A stretch of 64,000 bases of DNA from Patescibacteria group bacterium (GTDB taxonomy: Bacteria > Patescibacteriota > WWE3 > JAMCXX01), in contig JAMCXX010000002.1 in NCBI GenBank assembly GCA_023474425.1, positions 132,217 to 196,216 of the forward strand. Direction: 5' to 3'. The notes below the pieces were generated by a model. That model saw only the letters and a list, made by a program, of their open reading frames with translations, had not been told where the DNA came from and made no database searches. This document shows, piece by piece, positions 47,412 to 56,138 of the stretch. A program made the translations under genes and the position numbers. Position 1 is the first letter of the stretch. Each line of letters begins with the position of its first letter.

Positions 47412-48440
47412 TTACCACTTTGCCAAGGGGCTTTTACGAAAATAGGGAAGCTCAAATATATTGCTGCCTCCCCTCCTTTGGTACTGAAAATAACCTAAAA
47501 CGGCTGTACCCACGGCATTATCGGTACATAGATTTTTGGGCGGATAATAAACCTTTACCCCTTTTCTCTTGCCCCGGCTTTCGGCTTCGCTTCGAATCAA
47601 GTTGTTGGCCGCCACACCTCCCCCCAAAACAAAAATATTGACATTATATTCTCTGATGGCGCTAAATGCCTTTGTTAAAAGCGAATCAACCACCGCTTCG
47701 CGAAATCCGGCGGCCACATCGGCCGTCTGACTTTGGCTTAAATTTCCCCCGCCATCTTCTTTTAACTCCTTAACCTTCAAATAAACCGCTGTCTTTAAAC
47801 CCGAATACGAGAAATCATAACCGCGGTGATGACTCATCGGCCGGGGAAATTTATAAGCACCGGGCTGTCCTTCTTTGGCTGCCTCGTCAATGGACGGGCC
47901 ACCGGGGTAAGAAAGTCCCAAAATTCGGGCCGCTTTGTCAAAAGCTTCTCCGGCCGCGTCATCGAGAGTAGACCCAAGAATTTCATAATCGCCGTAGCCT
48001 CTAACCAGGGTCAAAAGAGTGTGTCCGCCGGCGGCCGTTAAGGAAATAAAGGGAGGTTTAAGTTCCCTAAAAACGGCGAAATTGGCAAAAAGGTGGGCCT
48101 CCATATGGTCCACACCAACCAAAGGAAGGTTTAGAACATAAGCCAAAAATTTAGCCGTGGTTATTCCAATGTGGTAATAGGAAAGGGCTGGGTCCGGTGA
48201 CTGTCCGACCGAAATGAGATGGATATCTTTAAAGCTTAGACCGGACTCATTAAGGGCTTGGTCGATTGAGGGAATTATATTTTTCAGATGTTCACGGGAA
48301 GCAATTTGGGGAACAATGCCGCCGAAAGGACGGTGCAGGGAAATCTGGGAAGCCACAATATTGGAAAGAATTTTATACCCATCAAAAACTATAGCGGCAC
48401 AGGTATCATCGGCCGTCGTATCAATACCCAAAACATTCAT
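47412..48440 (-). CDS. tsaD: tRNA N6-adenosine threonylcarbamoyltransferase
   Basis: VLGIDTTADDTCAAIV N-terminus with HMEAH and GGVAAN motifs. Confidence 0.9.
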   Translation of the reverse strand: MNVLGIDTTADDTCAAIVFDGYKILSNIVASQISLHRPFGGIVPQIASREHLKNIIPSIDQALNESGLSFKDIHLISVGQSPDPALSYYHIGITTAKFLAYVLNLPLVGVDHMEAHLFANFAVFRELKPPFISLTAAGGHTLLTLVRGYGDYEILGSTLDDAAGEAFDKAARILGLSYPGGPSIDEAAKEGQPGAYKFPRPMSHHRGYDFSYSGLKTAVYLKVKELKEDGGGNLSQSQTADVAAGFREAVVDSLLTKAFSAIREYNVNIFVLGGGVAANNLIRSEAESRGKRKGVKVYYPPKNLCTDNAVGTAVLGYFQYQRRGGSNIFELPYFRKSPLAKW

Positions 48441-48450
48441 AGAAAACTGT

Positions 48451-49743
48451 TTATTGGCCGGAGTAAGCGGCGGGAGCAGCGCCAGAAATAATATCCTGAA
48501 GGTTTTTCTTAGCGTTGGTTAAGGCGGTCTTGCTGTCCACGTTGCCGGAAACGTCAGTGATAGCGCGGTTGATTACGTCCGTCAGCCGATCGTTGCCGGA
48601 ATTGTCCACGGTTATGGCCAGTTTCCCCTGCGGCGCCGAAAGGAGCAGAGGTCCCAAATAAGGGTCGGCGGAAAGACTCGAAGCTAAATCTTTGCGAGAG
48701 TAGGCCTCACCAAAAAGTCTCCCGGCCGACTCCAGGGCATACATCTTGGTTTCCGAATCGGCGCTGCTCAAAAACTTTAGAAAGTCAAAAGCTTCATTTT
48801 TAAACTGGGAATTTTTGGCCACCACTTCCACCCAAAAAGAGGCTAGGTTTACCGGATTGTTAATGTTGCCCTGAAGGTCTGGAACCTGTGGCGGCGGGCC
48901 GGCCACAATGCTTAAACCCGGATTGGCAGCCTTAATACCAATAATTTCCCACGAGGGAGCAAAAATAAAAGCCACCTGACCACGGGCAAAAGCCAGAGTT
49001 GAGGGCGGCAGACTGCTGTCCCAAACTTTATCCACCTTGTAAAAATTGCTATAAAAAGTTAAGGCATCGGCGGCAAATTGGCTGTCAATATCGTTGGGAA
49101 TTTTTAAGCCGGCCTGCAAAAACATAAGGGAGAGAATATCCGAGGCGTAGGGAATATTGGAGGAAAGACCAATAGCTGCTCCGGCCTGGTTAAGCTTTTG
49201 GGAAGCAGTATCGGTCTTGGTCAGCTTGGCGGCGGCGTCGCGAAATTCGTCCCAGGTTTTGGGGAAAGGAATATTAGCGCTGTCCAAAAGAGTTTTATTG
49301 GCTAAAAGAAGCAAGCCGTCATACTCCAGAGGCACACCATAAATCTGCCCGTTAACCACTAGGGCTTCCCGGGCCGCTGGGTAAAAAGTATTGCTAAATT
49401 CGTTAAGGCTCATGGTTTTTGAAGGCATTGTTGCCAGATAAGGGACCAGATCTTTTACCCAAGTTGCCTGAACTCGCAGAATGTCTCCGGCTTTACCTTC
49501 TTTAAGACGCGTCAAAACCGTTTCTTTATATTGAGCCAAAGTGGAGAACGATTTTTGAGAGTAATCAATTGTGACGTTCGGATGAGACGAGTGGTAATCA
49601 TTAATCAAAGCGCTAAAAACATCGGGCCCTTCAAAAAGTCCCCAATAGGTAAGATTGGCCTTTGTTGGCCCGATGCCCGGAAGACTACAGGCGGTCAAAA
49701 GCAAAGCGGCTAATCCTAGAACCAATAGATGACGCAACTTCAT
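48451..49743 (-). CDS. ABC transporter substrate-binding lipoprotein (family 1, sugar-type)
   Basis: Lipobox LLLTAC after the MKLRHLL start, with a family-1 SBP-like layout. Confidence 0.7.
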   Translation of the reverse strand: MKLRHLLVLGLAALLLTACSLPGIGPTKANLTYWGLFEGPDVFSALINDYHSSHPNVTIDYSQKSFSTLAQYKETVLTRLKEGKAGDILRVQATWVKDLVPYLATMPSKTMSLNEFSNTFYPAAREALVVNGQIYGVPLEYDGLLLLANKTLLDSANIPFPKTWDEFRDAAAKLTKTDTASQKLNQAGAAIGLSSNIPYASDILSLMFLQAGLKIPNDIDSQFAADALTFYSNFYKVDKVWDSSLPPSTLAFARGQVAFIFAPSWEIIGIKAANPGLSIVAGPPPQVPDLQGNINNPVNLASFWVEVVAKNSQFKNEAFDFLKFLSSADSETKMYALESAGRLFGEAYSRKDLASSLSADPYLGPLLLSAPQGKLAITVDNSGNDRLTDVINRAITDVSGNVDSKTALTNAKKNLQDIISGAAPAAYSGQ

Positions 49744-49779
49744 TTCTATTTTTAAGAATAACATCTCTTGCTACTTCGG

Positions 49780-50979
49780 TCACTTCGACGCGGCCAATCC
49801 TAGGATCAGCCAAAAAAATAGGCTTCCCTGCTGATAGGTTAAGAGGTAGTGGTCGAAAGTACCTAGGAAAATTAATTGAATAAGTGATATTAAAAGCAGC
49901 CGGTGCCATGGCGTTCTTCTAATAAAGATATTAATTCCTACTAATATTAAAAGAAGAGAAAAAGCAATCAAACCAACCACACCAGTTTCGCTCAAAATCA
50001 ATAAAAAAATATTGTGAACTGGCTCCCTAATTAAATAGCCGGAAAAGTAGGTAAAAGACCCTAGGCCAAAGCCAAAGATGGGACGCTTTTGCCAAAGTAT
50101 TAAAGACTCCTTAATCAGATCCGAGCGGATATGATTAACCGGTTCAATGGGTAACTTGGTTATAGTGAAGAAAGAAATGATTAACGAAAACATAAAAATA
50201 CCCCCAATAGTTAAGAATCGTTTTGACCTTTGAAAAAAGTTCAGAATATAAAAAACAAAAAGACCCAGTAAAAAAGCGCCCCAGGCTCCTTCGGAAAAAC
50301 TTAACATAAGCCCTAAAAAGCCAAATAGCATGCAGATAAAAAGAAATAATCTAATTTTCCTTGATTGTTCTCTTCGCCAAAGCCAAATGAGCCAAATAAG
50401 AAACACAGCCATAAAACCGCCTAAGACATTAGGATGGGGAAATGAGCCGAAAGACCTCACCTTAACGTTTCCAAATAAAGAAACGAGCGGCGTTTGACTA
50501 TATGAGGGGTAGAACGAGGGTTCACCGAAAATTAAGAAAGGAAAAATAGGCCCCTGCTTAATCCACTGCACAAAGGCTAATATTCCCTCAACAAGGGTAC
50601 TCAACCCGGTAATTAGGAGCAGTCGGTAGACTTTTTCATTTGACCAAGACTGTCTACTTAAGTAGAGAAATAGTGAAACGTAAAGAAAATAGCGAAACCA
50701 GAAATAGACGGCTAAGGTTAAAGGCGATAATAAGCAGGAGATTAAAAATACCGTCAGAACTAACACTGCCGGTAACCAAAGCAAACTCTGGGATTTTCTT
50801 TTTAATATTAGATTTAGCCAGAAAAGAATAACCAGGATAGCGAGGACGGTATCGGTCAGGTAAGTTTTTGGTACCAAATAGGAATCAAGAACACCTTTAA
50901 CGTAAGAAGTAGGCAAAAGAAATTTTTTATAAAGACCTAGCGGTGTTAAGAAAACTAACAAAATAAATATTTTTTCCAT
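49780..50979 (-). CDS. O-antigen ligase-like polytopic membrane protein
   Basis: About 11 TM helices and a Wzy_C-like central loop (SFSEGAWGAFLLG). Confidence 0.5.
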   Translation of the reverse strand: MEKIFILLVFLTPLGLYKKFLLPTSYVKGVLDSYLVPKTYLTDTVLAILVILFWLNLILKRKSQSLLWLPAVLVLTVFLISCLLSPLTLAVYFWFRYFLYVSLFLYLSRQSWSNEKVYRLLLITGLSTLVEGILAFVQWIKQGPIFPFLIFGEPSFYPSYSQTPLVSLFGNVKVRSFGSFPHPNVLGGFMAVFLIWLIWLWRREQSRKIRLFLFICMLFGFLGLMLSFSEGAWGAFLLGLFVFYILNFFQRSKRFLTIGGIFMFSLIISFFTITKLPIEPVNHIRSDLIKESLILWQKRPIFGFGLGSFTYFSGYLIREPVHNIFLLILSETGVVGLIAFSLLLILVGINIFIRRTPWHRLLLISLIQLIFLGTFDHYLLTYQQGSLFFWLILGLAASK

Positions 50980-51192
50980 GTTTATTCCCAAAGTCGTTTA
51001 AGCGTTTCTTTACTCGTCTAAAAATAAGACGTTGTAGATGTAGTTAATGTTAGTTTGTGACTTTCTTAAATAATCCCACAGGCTGTCTGTTAAATTTGCC
51101 AGAGTAATCTCTGGAAAAGTAAAACGCTTTTGACCAGAAGGTTTTCCGGTTCGGATACCAATTTTGTGGCTTGGTTGTGGTACAAATACCCT

Positions 51193-51281
51193 TGTGTATA
51201 AAATCATTATATCTGTGGATAACTATGAATATAAATTAACGAGTTATCCACAAGTATTACAAGGAAAACTATTTATCCACA
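51193..51281. promoter_or_regulatory. oriC candidate: DnaA-box cluster in AT-rich DNA
   Basis: Perfect boxes TGTGGATAA (51214-22), TTATCCACA (51244-52) and TTATCCACA (51273-81), plus near-box TGTGTATAA (51193-201). A further TGTGGATAA lies at 52729-37, upstream of dnaA. Confidence 0.6.
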
Positions 51282-52691
51282 TATTTTAAGATTAAGATAA
51301 CTTATCTTTTGAAAGATCTCTCCTTCGTCTTTTACCTCATTTTCAATCTTGTTTACGGCGTGAATAACCGTGGTATGGTCGCGACCACCCAAAATCTGCC
51401 CGGTCTGCACCAGTGAGAGACGACCTAGTGTTCTTAAAAGGTACATGCAAACTTGACGGGGAATAACCAGCTCTTTTTTGCGTCGCGGGCCTATTAAATC
51501 TTTATGGCTTAGATTAAATAGCTCACAAACTTCCTCCATAATTTTTTTAGGCGTCGGTTTTTGCTTTTTGACCAGAAGTTCGTTGTGGAGAAGAACTTCC
51601 ACGGCCAGTTCTAAATTGACCTCCTGGTTCTTAGTTTTGGCGCTGGAAACGATTTGCAAAAAAACCCCTTCCATTTCTCGGATGTTGGTTTTGACTTCCC
51701 GGGCAATAAAATCGATTACCTCATTGGTTACGTTAAATCCGCTTTTGTCTCTCTTGTTTCGAAGTATCGCCGCCCGCACCGTCTCGTCGGGAGCCTGAAT
51801 GTCGGCAATCATGCCGCCGGCAAAACGGGAGCGCAGGCGTTCTTCGAGCAAAGCAATATCCCGCGGCGGGCGGTCCGAGCTTAAAACCACCTGTTTTCGG
51901 GCTAAATAAAGTTGATTGAAGGCGTGAAAAAGTTCCTCCTGAGTGGTTTCTTTGCCGGCCACAAAGTGGACATCATCAATAAGCAAAACATCGGTGTTGC
52001 GGAATTTGTCGCGGAAGCGATGTTGGCTTCGGTGCTGAATGGCTTCTAAAAGCTCGTTGGTGAAAGATTCACCGCTTGAGTAAACCACTTTGGTTTGCGG
52101 CAACCTTTTAATAATTTCGTTGCCAATAGCCTGCATAAGGTGTGTCTTGCCGAGGCCTGTTGAAGAATAAATGAAGAATGGGTTATAGGCAGTACCGGGA
52201 TTTTGGGCAATACTTTGCGCGACCGTAAAAGCCAGCTGGTTTCCTGGTCCTACAACAAATTCGTCAAAGGTATAAAAGGGAGAAAGTCCAAAGGAGACGG
52301 ACTTTAGGTTGGCTGTAACGGGCGGCGTTATAATTTTTGGCGTTTCTAGAGTCGGTGCTAAAGAATCAGTTTGATTGGAGTTTTCTTTTACAAAGCTGTC
52401 TTCAACCTTTTCACCAAAAATCGGTCCCAGTGGTTTTTCTTCCGCTTGGCGCAGGCGAAGTCCCAAATTAAAATCAGTCCCGCCTCGAAATTCGCGAAGA
52501 ACCTTTTTAAGAGATTCTAAATAATGCCGATTAACTCTTTCCAGAGCGAAAACATTGGGAAATAATATTTCAAAATTACCGGCCTCGTCGCCAAGCAACT
52601 CCGTTTTATAAAACCAGGTTTTCACGGTGGGGGGAAGAATTTCCTTTTCCAAAGAGCTTAAAATAATTGGCCACTGTTTAACGGGATTCAT
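51273..52691 (-). CDS. dnaA: chromosomal replication initiator protein DnaA
   Basis: Walker A SSTGLGKTHL, LLIDDVHF, sensor and box VII regions, and a C-terminal DNA-binding domain (DHTTVIHA). Confidence 0.96.
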   Translation of the reverse strand: MNPVKQWPIILSSLEKEILPPTVKTWFYKTELLGDEAGNFEILFPNVFALERVNRHYLESLKKVLREFRGGTDFNLGLRLRQAEEKPLGPIFGEKVEDSFVKENSNQTDSLAPTLETPKIITPPVTANLKSVSFGLSPFYTFDEFVVGPGNQLAFTVAQSIAQNPGTAYNPFFIYSSTGLGKTHLMQAIGNEIIKRLPQTKVVYSSGESFTNELLEAIQHRSQHRFRDKFRNTDVLLIDDVHFVAGKETTQEELFHAFNQLYLARKQVVLSSDRPPRDIALLEERLRSRFAGGMIADIQAPDETVRAAILRNKRDKSGFNVTNEVIDFIAREVKTNIREMEGVFLQIVSSAKTKNQEVNLELAVEVLLHNELLVKKQKPTPKKIMEEVCELFNLSHKDLIGPRRKKELVIPRQVCMYLLRTLGRLSLVQTGQILGGRDHTTVIHAVNKIENEVKDEGEIFQKISYLNLKICG

Positions 52692-52888
52692 GAAGGTGAA
52701 GAGCTAATAAAATCAATATAGTTAAGCCTGTGGATAAGCGTCAATAACTCATAATTATAAATTTCCGCAAACACGTATCCCCTATAGTTCTAACAAATTA
52801 ACATATAAACATCAGCCTTAGGCCGTATCCGATTTCCGGTGACGAAAGAGCTTGACGGAGGCTGTTAATTCTTGGATAGTATAAAGGT

Positions 52889-53026
52889 ATGCCCAAAAGG
52901 ACTTATCAGCCAAACAAAAGGAAAAGGGTCAAAACTCACGGATTCAGAGCCCGCATGCGCCGGCCCGGCGGACGAAGGGTCTTAAAGAGCCGCCGTTTGA
53001 AGGGTCGCCAGCGGCTAACGGTCTAA
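52889..53026 (+). CDS. rpmH: 50S ribosomal protein L34
   Basis: My own translation gives [23 protein letters not shown].. (45 aa). The ORF is below the track size cut-off, and its stop overlaps the rnpA ATG (taatg). Confidence 0.9.
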   Translation: MPKRTYQPNKRKRVKTHGFRARMRRPGGRRVLKSRRLKGRQRLTV

Positions 53027-53388
53027 TGCTTCCCAAAGATTTGAGGCTTAGCCAAAGAAAAGATTTTCTTTTAGTTAAAAGACGAGGCCAGATTTTAAAT
53101 ACTCCCTTATTTACGCTCTCTTATTTAAAACGAAATCAGGCCCTTTCTTTTGGCATAAGATTTGGCTTTATTATTTCCAAGGGAATTTCTAAGCGTGCGG
53201 TTAAGCGCAATCGTGTCCGCCGCCGGGTCTGTGAGGCTGTTCGCCTTTGGTTAAAATCACAGCCGGAGCCTTTAAGTAAATCTTCCGTTGACGTTGTATT
53301 TATAATGAGAGGCAGGTCCTTGAACGCCGGTTATGAAGAGTTTAGTACTCTGGTTAATTCGGTTTTACCAAAGGTACTTGAATCCTAA
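53026..53388 (+). CDS. rnpA: ribonuclease P protein component
   Basis: 120 aa and basic, with an RNR-type motif (AVKRNRVRRR). It directly follows rpmH. Confidence 0.85.
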   Translation: MLPKDLRLSQRKDFLLVKRRGQILNTPLFTLSYLKRNQALSFGIRFGFIISKGISKRAVKRNRVRRRVCEAVRLWLKSQPEPLSKSSVDVVFIMRGRSLNAGYEEFSTLVNSVLPKVLES

Positions 53389-53569
53389 AGGATTCTTTTT
53401 GCGGTTTCTTTTTTTAACCGACCGATCCTGCCGGTTTGTCCCTACCTGCTCGCAGTATACTTTGGAGGCGGTGGAAAAATACGGGGTAGCGGGCGGTCTT
53501 GTTTTGGGTTTAAAAAGGATTCTTTCCTGCCACCCGTTTTCAAAGGGAGGTGCGGATCCGCTAAAATAG
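53333..53569 (+). CDS. yidD: membrane protein insertion efficiency factor YidD
   Basis: CRF.PTCS.Y motif (CRFVPTCSQYTLEA) and HPFSKGG, 78 aa. Confidence 0.85.
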   Translation: MKSLVLWLIRFYQRYLNPKGFFLRFLFLTDRSCRFVPTCSQYTLEAVEKYGVAGGLVLGLKRILSCHPFSKGGADPLK

Positions 53570-53577
53570 ATTAGCTT

Positions 53578-54309
53578 ATGAATATTTTTTCGGCCTTCGA
53601 CTCATTTTTGGTGACCCCCCTTTTGTGGTCCCTTATTTTCTTTACCCACCTTTTTTTTAATAACTTGGGCTTGGGAATACTGGCCCTCACTCTAATTATC
53701 CGTTTGGTTCTCACGCCTCTCACGCTACCTTCGCTCAAAGCTTCCAAAAAACAGAGGGAGATTTCCGGAGAACTCAACGAGCTTAAAAAGAAATACAGCG
53801 GTGATAAAAAAAAGCTGGCCGAAGAACAGATGGTTCTTTTTCGGAAGCACGGCATTAATCCGGCGGCGGGGTGTTTGCCGCAGGTGGCGCAGATTATTGT
53901 TCTTCTGGCTCTCTACCAGGTTTTTATACGCGTTTTGGGTTTTAACGGCCATGGCTCGAATCTGCCGGCTGAATATTCGTTTATTAATACCCGATTTTTG
54001 TATCTGGACTTACTAAAGAAGGACCCGTTTATTCTTTTGCCGGGGTTGGCCGGAGCTTCTCAGTTCTTAATGAGCAAGATGCTTTTGCCGGTGGTCAAGA
54101 AGGAGGAGAAAATAGTGGAGAAAGCGGAGGACAAACCGGACGATTTAATGTACAATATGCAGGAGCAGATGCTCTACCTAGGCCCAGCCTTTACGATTCT
54201 TATTTCCTGGGGCCTGCCTTCCGGGTTGGTGCTCTACTGGTTGGCCACGACCGTTTTTTCGATTGTACAGCAGTGGTGGGTTTTTCGCGACCGCCAGTTG
54301 GCGGCCTGA
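53578..54309 (+). CDS. yidC: membrane protein insertase YidC (short form)
   Basis: ILALTLIIRLVLTPL and a GCLP motif. Gene context (rnpA-yidD-yidC-jag) supports the call. Confidence 0.85.
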   Translation: MNIFSAFDSFLVTPLLWSLIFFTHLFFNNLGLGILALTLIIRLVLTPLTLPSLKASKKQREISGELNELKKKYSGDKKKLAEEQMVLFRKHGINPAAGCLPQVAQIIVLLALYQVFIRVLGFNGHGSNLPAEYSFINTRFLYLDLLKKDPFILLPGLAGASQFLMSKMLLPVVKKEEKIVEKAEDKPDDLMYNMQEQMLYLGPAFTILISWGLPSGLVLYWLATTVFSIVQQWWVFRDRQLAA

Positions 54310-54313
54310 AGCT

Positions 54314-54778
54314 ATGGACATAAATTTGGTTAAGGAAGTTACGGAGGAAATATTGTCCGCAGCGGGTCTTTCGGCCCGGGTTGAGGTTTCGGAAAAAGAA
54401 GGCCAGATAGAATCTATTATTGACTGCGGCGCGGACAATGCTCTGCTGATTGGTTTTCACGGCGAGACGCTCAATTCCTTGCAAACGATTGTAAACCTGA
54501 TTATTTTTCGCCGGACGGGGCAGCCCTCGCCGGTTACTCTGGACGTGGCCGGCTACCGGCAGGAGCGGGCCGAGCGCATAAAGCAGATGACCGTAAACGC
54601 CGCCGATCGAGCCCGATTTTTGGCTAAACCCATTGAGCTTTCTCCTATGCCCGCCGCCGAAAGGCGCCTAGTCCATCTTTTTGTTGGCGAACTGCCGGGA
54701 GTTAAATCGGAGTCGGTGGGGGAAGGTCGTGACCGACGCGTGGTCGTCCGCCCCTCAGAAGGTAGTCAAAACGGGTAA
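54314..54778 (+). CDS. Jag/KhpB-like RNA-binding protein (KH plus R3H domains)
   Basis: C-terminal R3H-like region (ERRLVHLFV) downstream of yidC. The start is taken at MDINLVKE. Confidence 0.7.
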   Translation: MDINLVKEVTEEILSAAGLSARVEVSEKEGQIESIIDCGADNALLIGFHGETLNSLQTIVNLIIFRRTGQPSPVTLDVAGYRQERAERIKQMTVNAADRARFLAKPIELSPMPAAERRLVHLFVGELPGVKSESVGEGRDRRVVVRPSEGSQNG

Positions 54779-54792
54779 ATATAAACGTCTTG

Positions 54793-54911
54793 AGGAATTC
54801 TCGGTACGGTTTTTTCGCGGCCGCTGTCGGCTCGGGTAAATAGACCCTCGCCGCGCTATGCCTCGCTCACGCTGCGGAATGCCGCGAGAAAAACCTACCC
54901 TGCGAATTCCT
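54793..54911. repeat. ~120-nt imperfect long inverted repeat (candidate structured RNA or REP/MITE-like element)
   Basis: Outer 8-bp perfect pairing AGGAATTC/GAATTCCT, middle GGTA/TACC, then T5/A5 and CGCGGC/GCCGCG. A GC-rich 59-nt apical region lies between them. The element is intergenic, between jag and dnaN. Confidence 0.55.
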
Positions 54912-54964
54912 TTCGATCTGCGCATATCTGTATAAAAGATCTGTGGTATTCTTACCTTATAAGT

Positions 54965-56068
54965 ATGAAGTTTAAGTGTCTTTCCGAGAATTTATCCCAG
55001 GGCCTTTCCGCTGTTTCCCACGCCGTTTCTACTAAAGCCTCTTTACCGGTTCTTTCGCATATACTTCTCGAAGCCAGGGACGGTTCCATTTTTCTTTCGG
55101 CCACCAATCTGGAAATCTCCATCCGCACGAGTCTGCCGGCCGAACTCGAGGAAGAAGGGGCGGCCTGTTTGCCCGGCCGTGTTTTTACCGAGCTTATTTC
55201 CAGTCTGCCCAAAGGAGAAATCAGTTTGGCGGAGAAAAATAATTTAGTCACCGTTAAGAGCCAGAAGACAAGTTCTAAAATTAACGGTCTTAATCCTTCG
55301 GAATTTCCCAAAATTTCCGTTTCTGGAAAGCCTTTGTTCTCGCTAAATCCGTCGGTCTTAGTTCAGGAGTTGCCTAAAGTTTCCTTTAGCGCCGCCACCG
55401 ATGAGGGTCGCCCGGTCTTGACCGGAATTCTTATGGAAGCTTTGGATGGGACGCTGACTCTTGTGGGAGTTGACGGCTTTCGTCTTTCCGAAAAAAAGAT
55501 CTCTGTGGATAAAGGCATAACCTTTAAGCAGGTAGTTCCAGCCAAGGCTTTGTTGGAGGTTTCCCGGCTTCTCTCCAGCGAGGATAGTATGGAAGTTTTA
55601 CTCTCCGACGAAGAGAATCAAATTGTTTTTAAATCTCCTAGTTTTGAAATCTGCAGCCGGCTTTTGGAGGGCAGTTTTCCCGATTACAAAAAAATTATTC
55701 CACAGAACGTTCTGACCACGGCCGAGTTTAGCGTTGAGGAAATGAGGGCCACCCTGCGCACCGTTTCCGTTTTTGCCAAGGACGAAGGCAGTGTGGTTAA
55801 AATGATTCTGAATCCGGAAAAGTCGGAGATTTTGCTTTCGGCCAGTGCTTCGGAGGTCGGCGAAAACGAGGCTTCCCTCTTTGCCAAAATTACCGGCGAG
55901 GCCGCCGAGGTTTCCTTTAACATCCACTACCTAAACGATTGCCTGGCAAACATCGGCGAGGAAGACGTGGCTTTCCGTTTTACCGGTCCCTTAACCCCCG
56001 GCATTTTTGTGCCCGTTGCTAAAACCGATTACCTCCACCTCATTATGCCCATCCGCGTTCAGGCATAG
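54965..56068 (+). CDS. dnaN: DNA polymerase III subunit beta
   Basis: 367 aa with a three-domain clamp layout and a C-terminal IMPIRV motif. Confidence 0.95.
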   Translation: MKFKCLSENLSQGLSAVSHAVSTKASLPVLSHILLEARDGSIFLSATNLEISIRTSLPAELEEEGAACLPGRVFTELISSLPKGEISLAEKNNLVTVKSQKTSSKINGLNPSEFPKISVSGKPLFSLNPSVLVQELPKVSFSAATDEGRPVLTGILMEALDGTLTLVGVDGFRLSEKKISVDKGITFKQVVPAKALLEVSRLLSSEDSMEVLLSDEENQIVFKSPSFEICSRLLEGSFPDYKKIIPQNVLTTAEFSVEEMRATLRTVSVFAKDEGSVVKMILNPEKSEILLSASASEVGENEASLFAKITGEAAEVSFNIHYLNDCLANIGEEDVAFRFTGPLTPGIFVPVAKTDYLHLIMPIRVQA

Positions 56069-56102
56069 AAAGTTGAAAGTTCAAAGGGCAAAGTTGAAAG
56101 TT
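56068..56102. repeat. heptad tract gaaagtt gaaagtt caaaggg caaagtt gaaagtt (reverse orientation of AACTTTC)
   Basis: Read directly from the sequence, immediately after the dnaN stop. Confidence 0.8.
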
Positions 56103-56107
56103 AAGGT

Positions 56108-56128
56108 ATCCGGCTAGCCGGATTTTTT
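56108..56128 (+). terminator. rho-independent terminator of dnaN
   Basis: Palindrome ATCCGGCTAGCCGGAT followed by a T6 run. Confidence 0.7.
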
Positions 56129-56138
56129 ATCTTTGATT

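Noticed and set aside
51010-51207. 65-aa minus-strand ORF in the AT-rich region next to the DnaA boxes
   Set aside because: It has no SD, lies in the putative oriC/DUE region and has no motif. A real small gene cannot be excluded.
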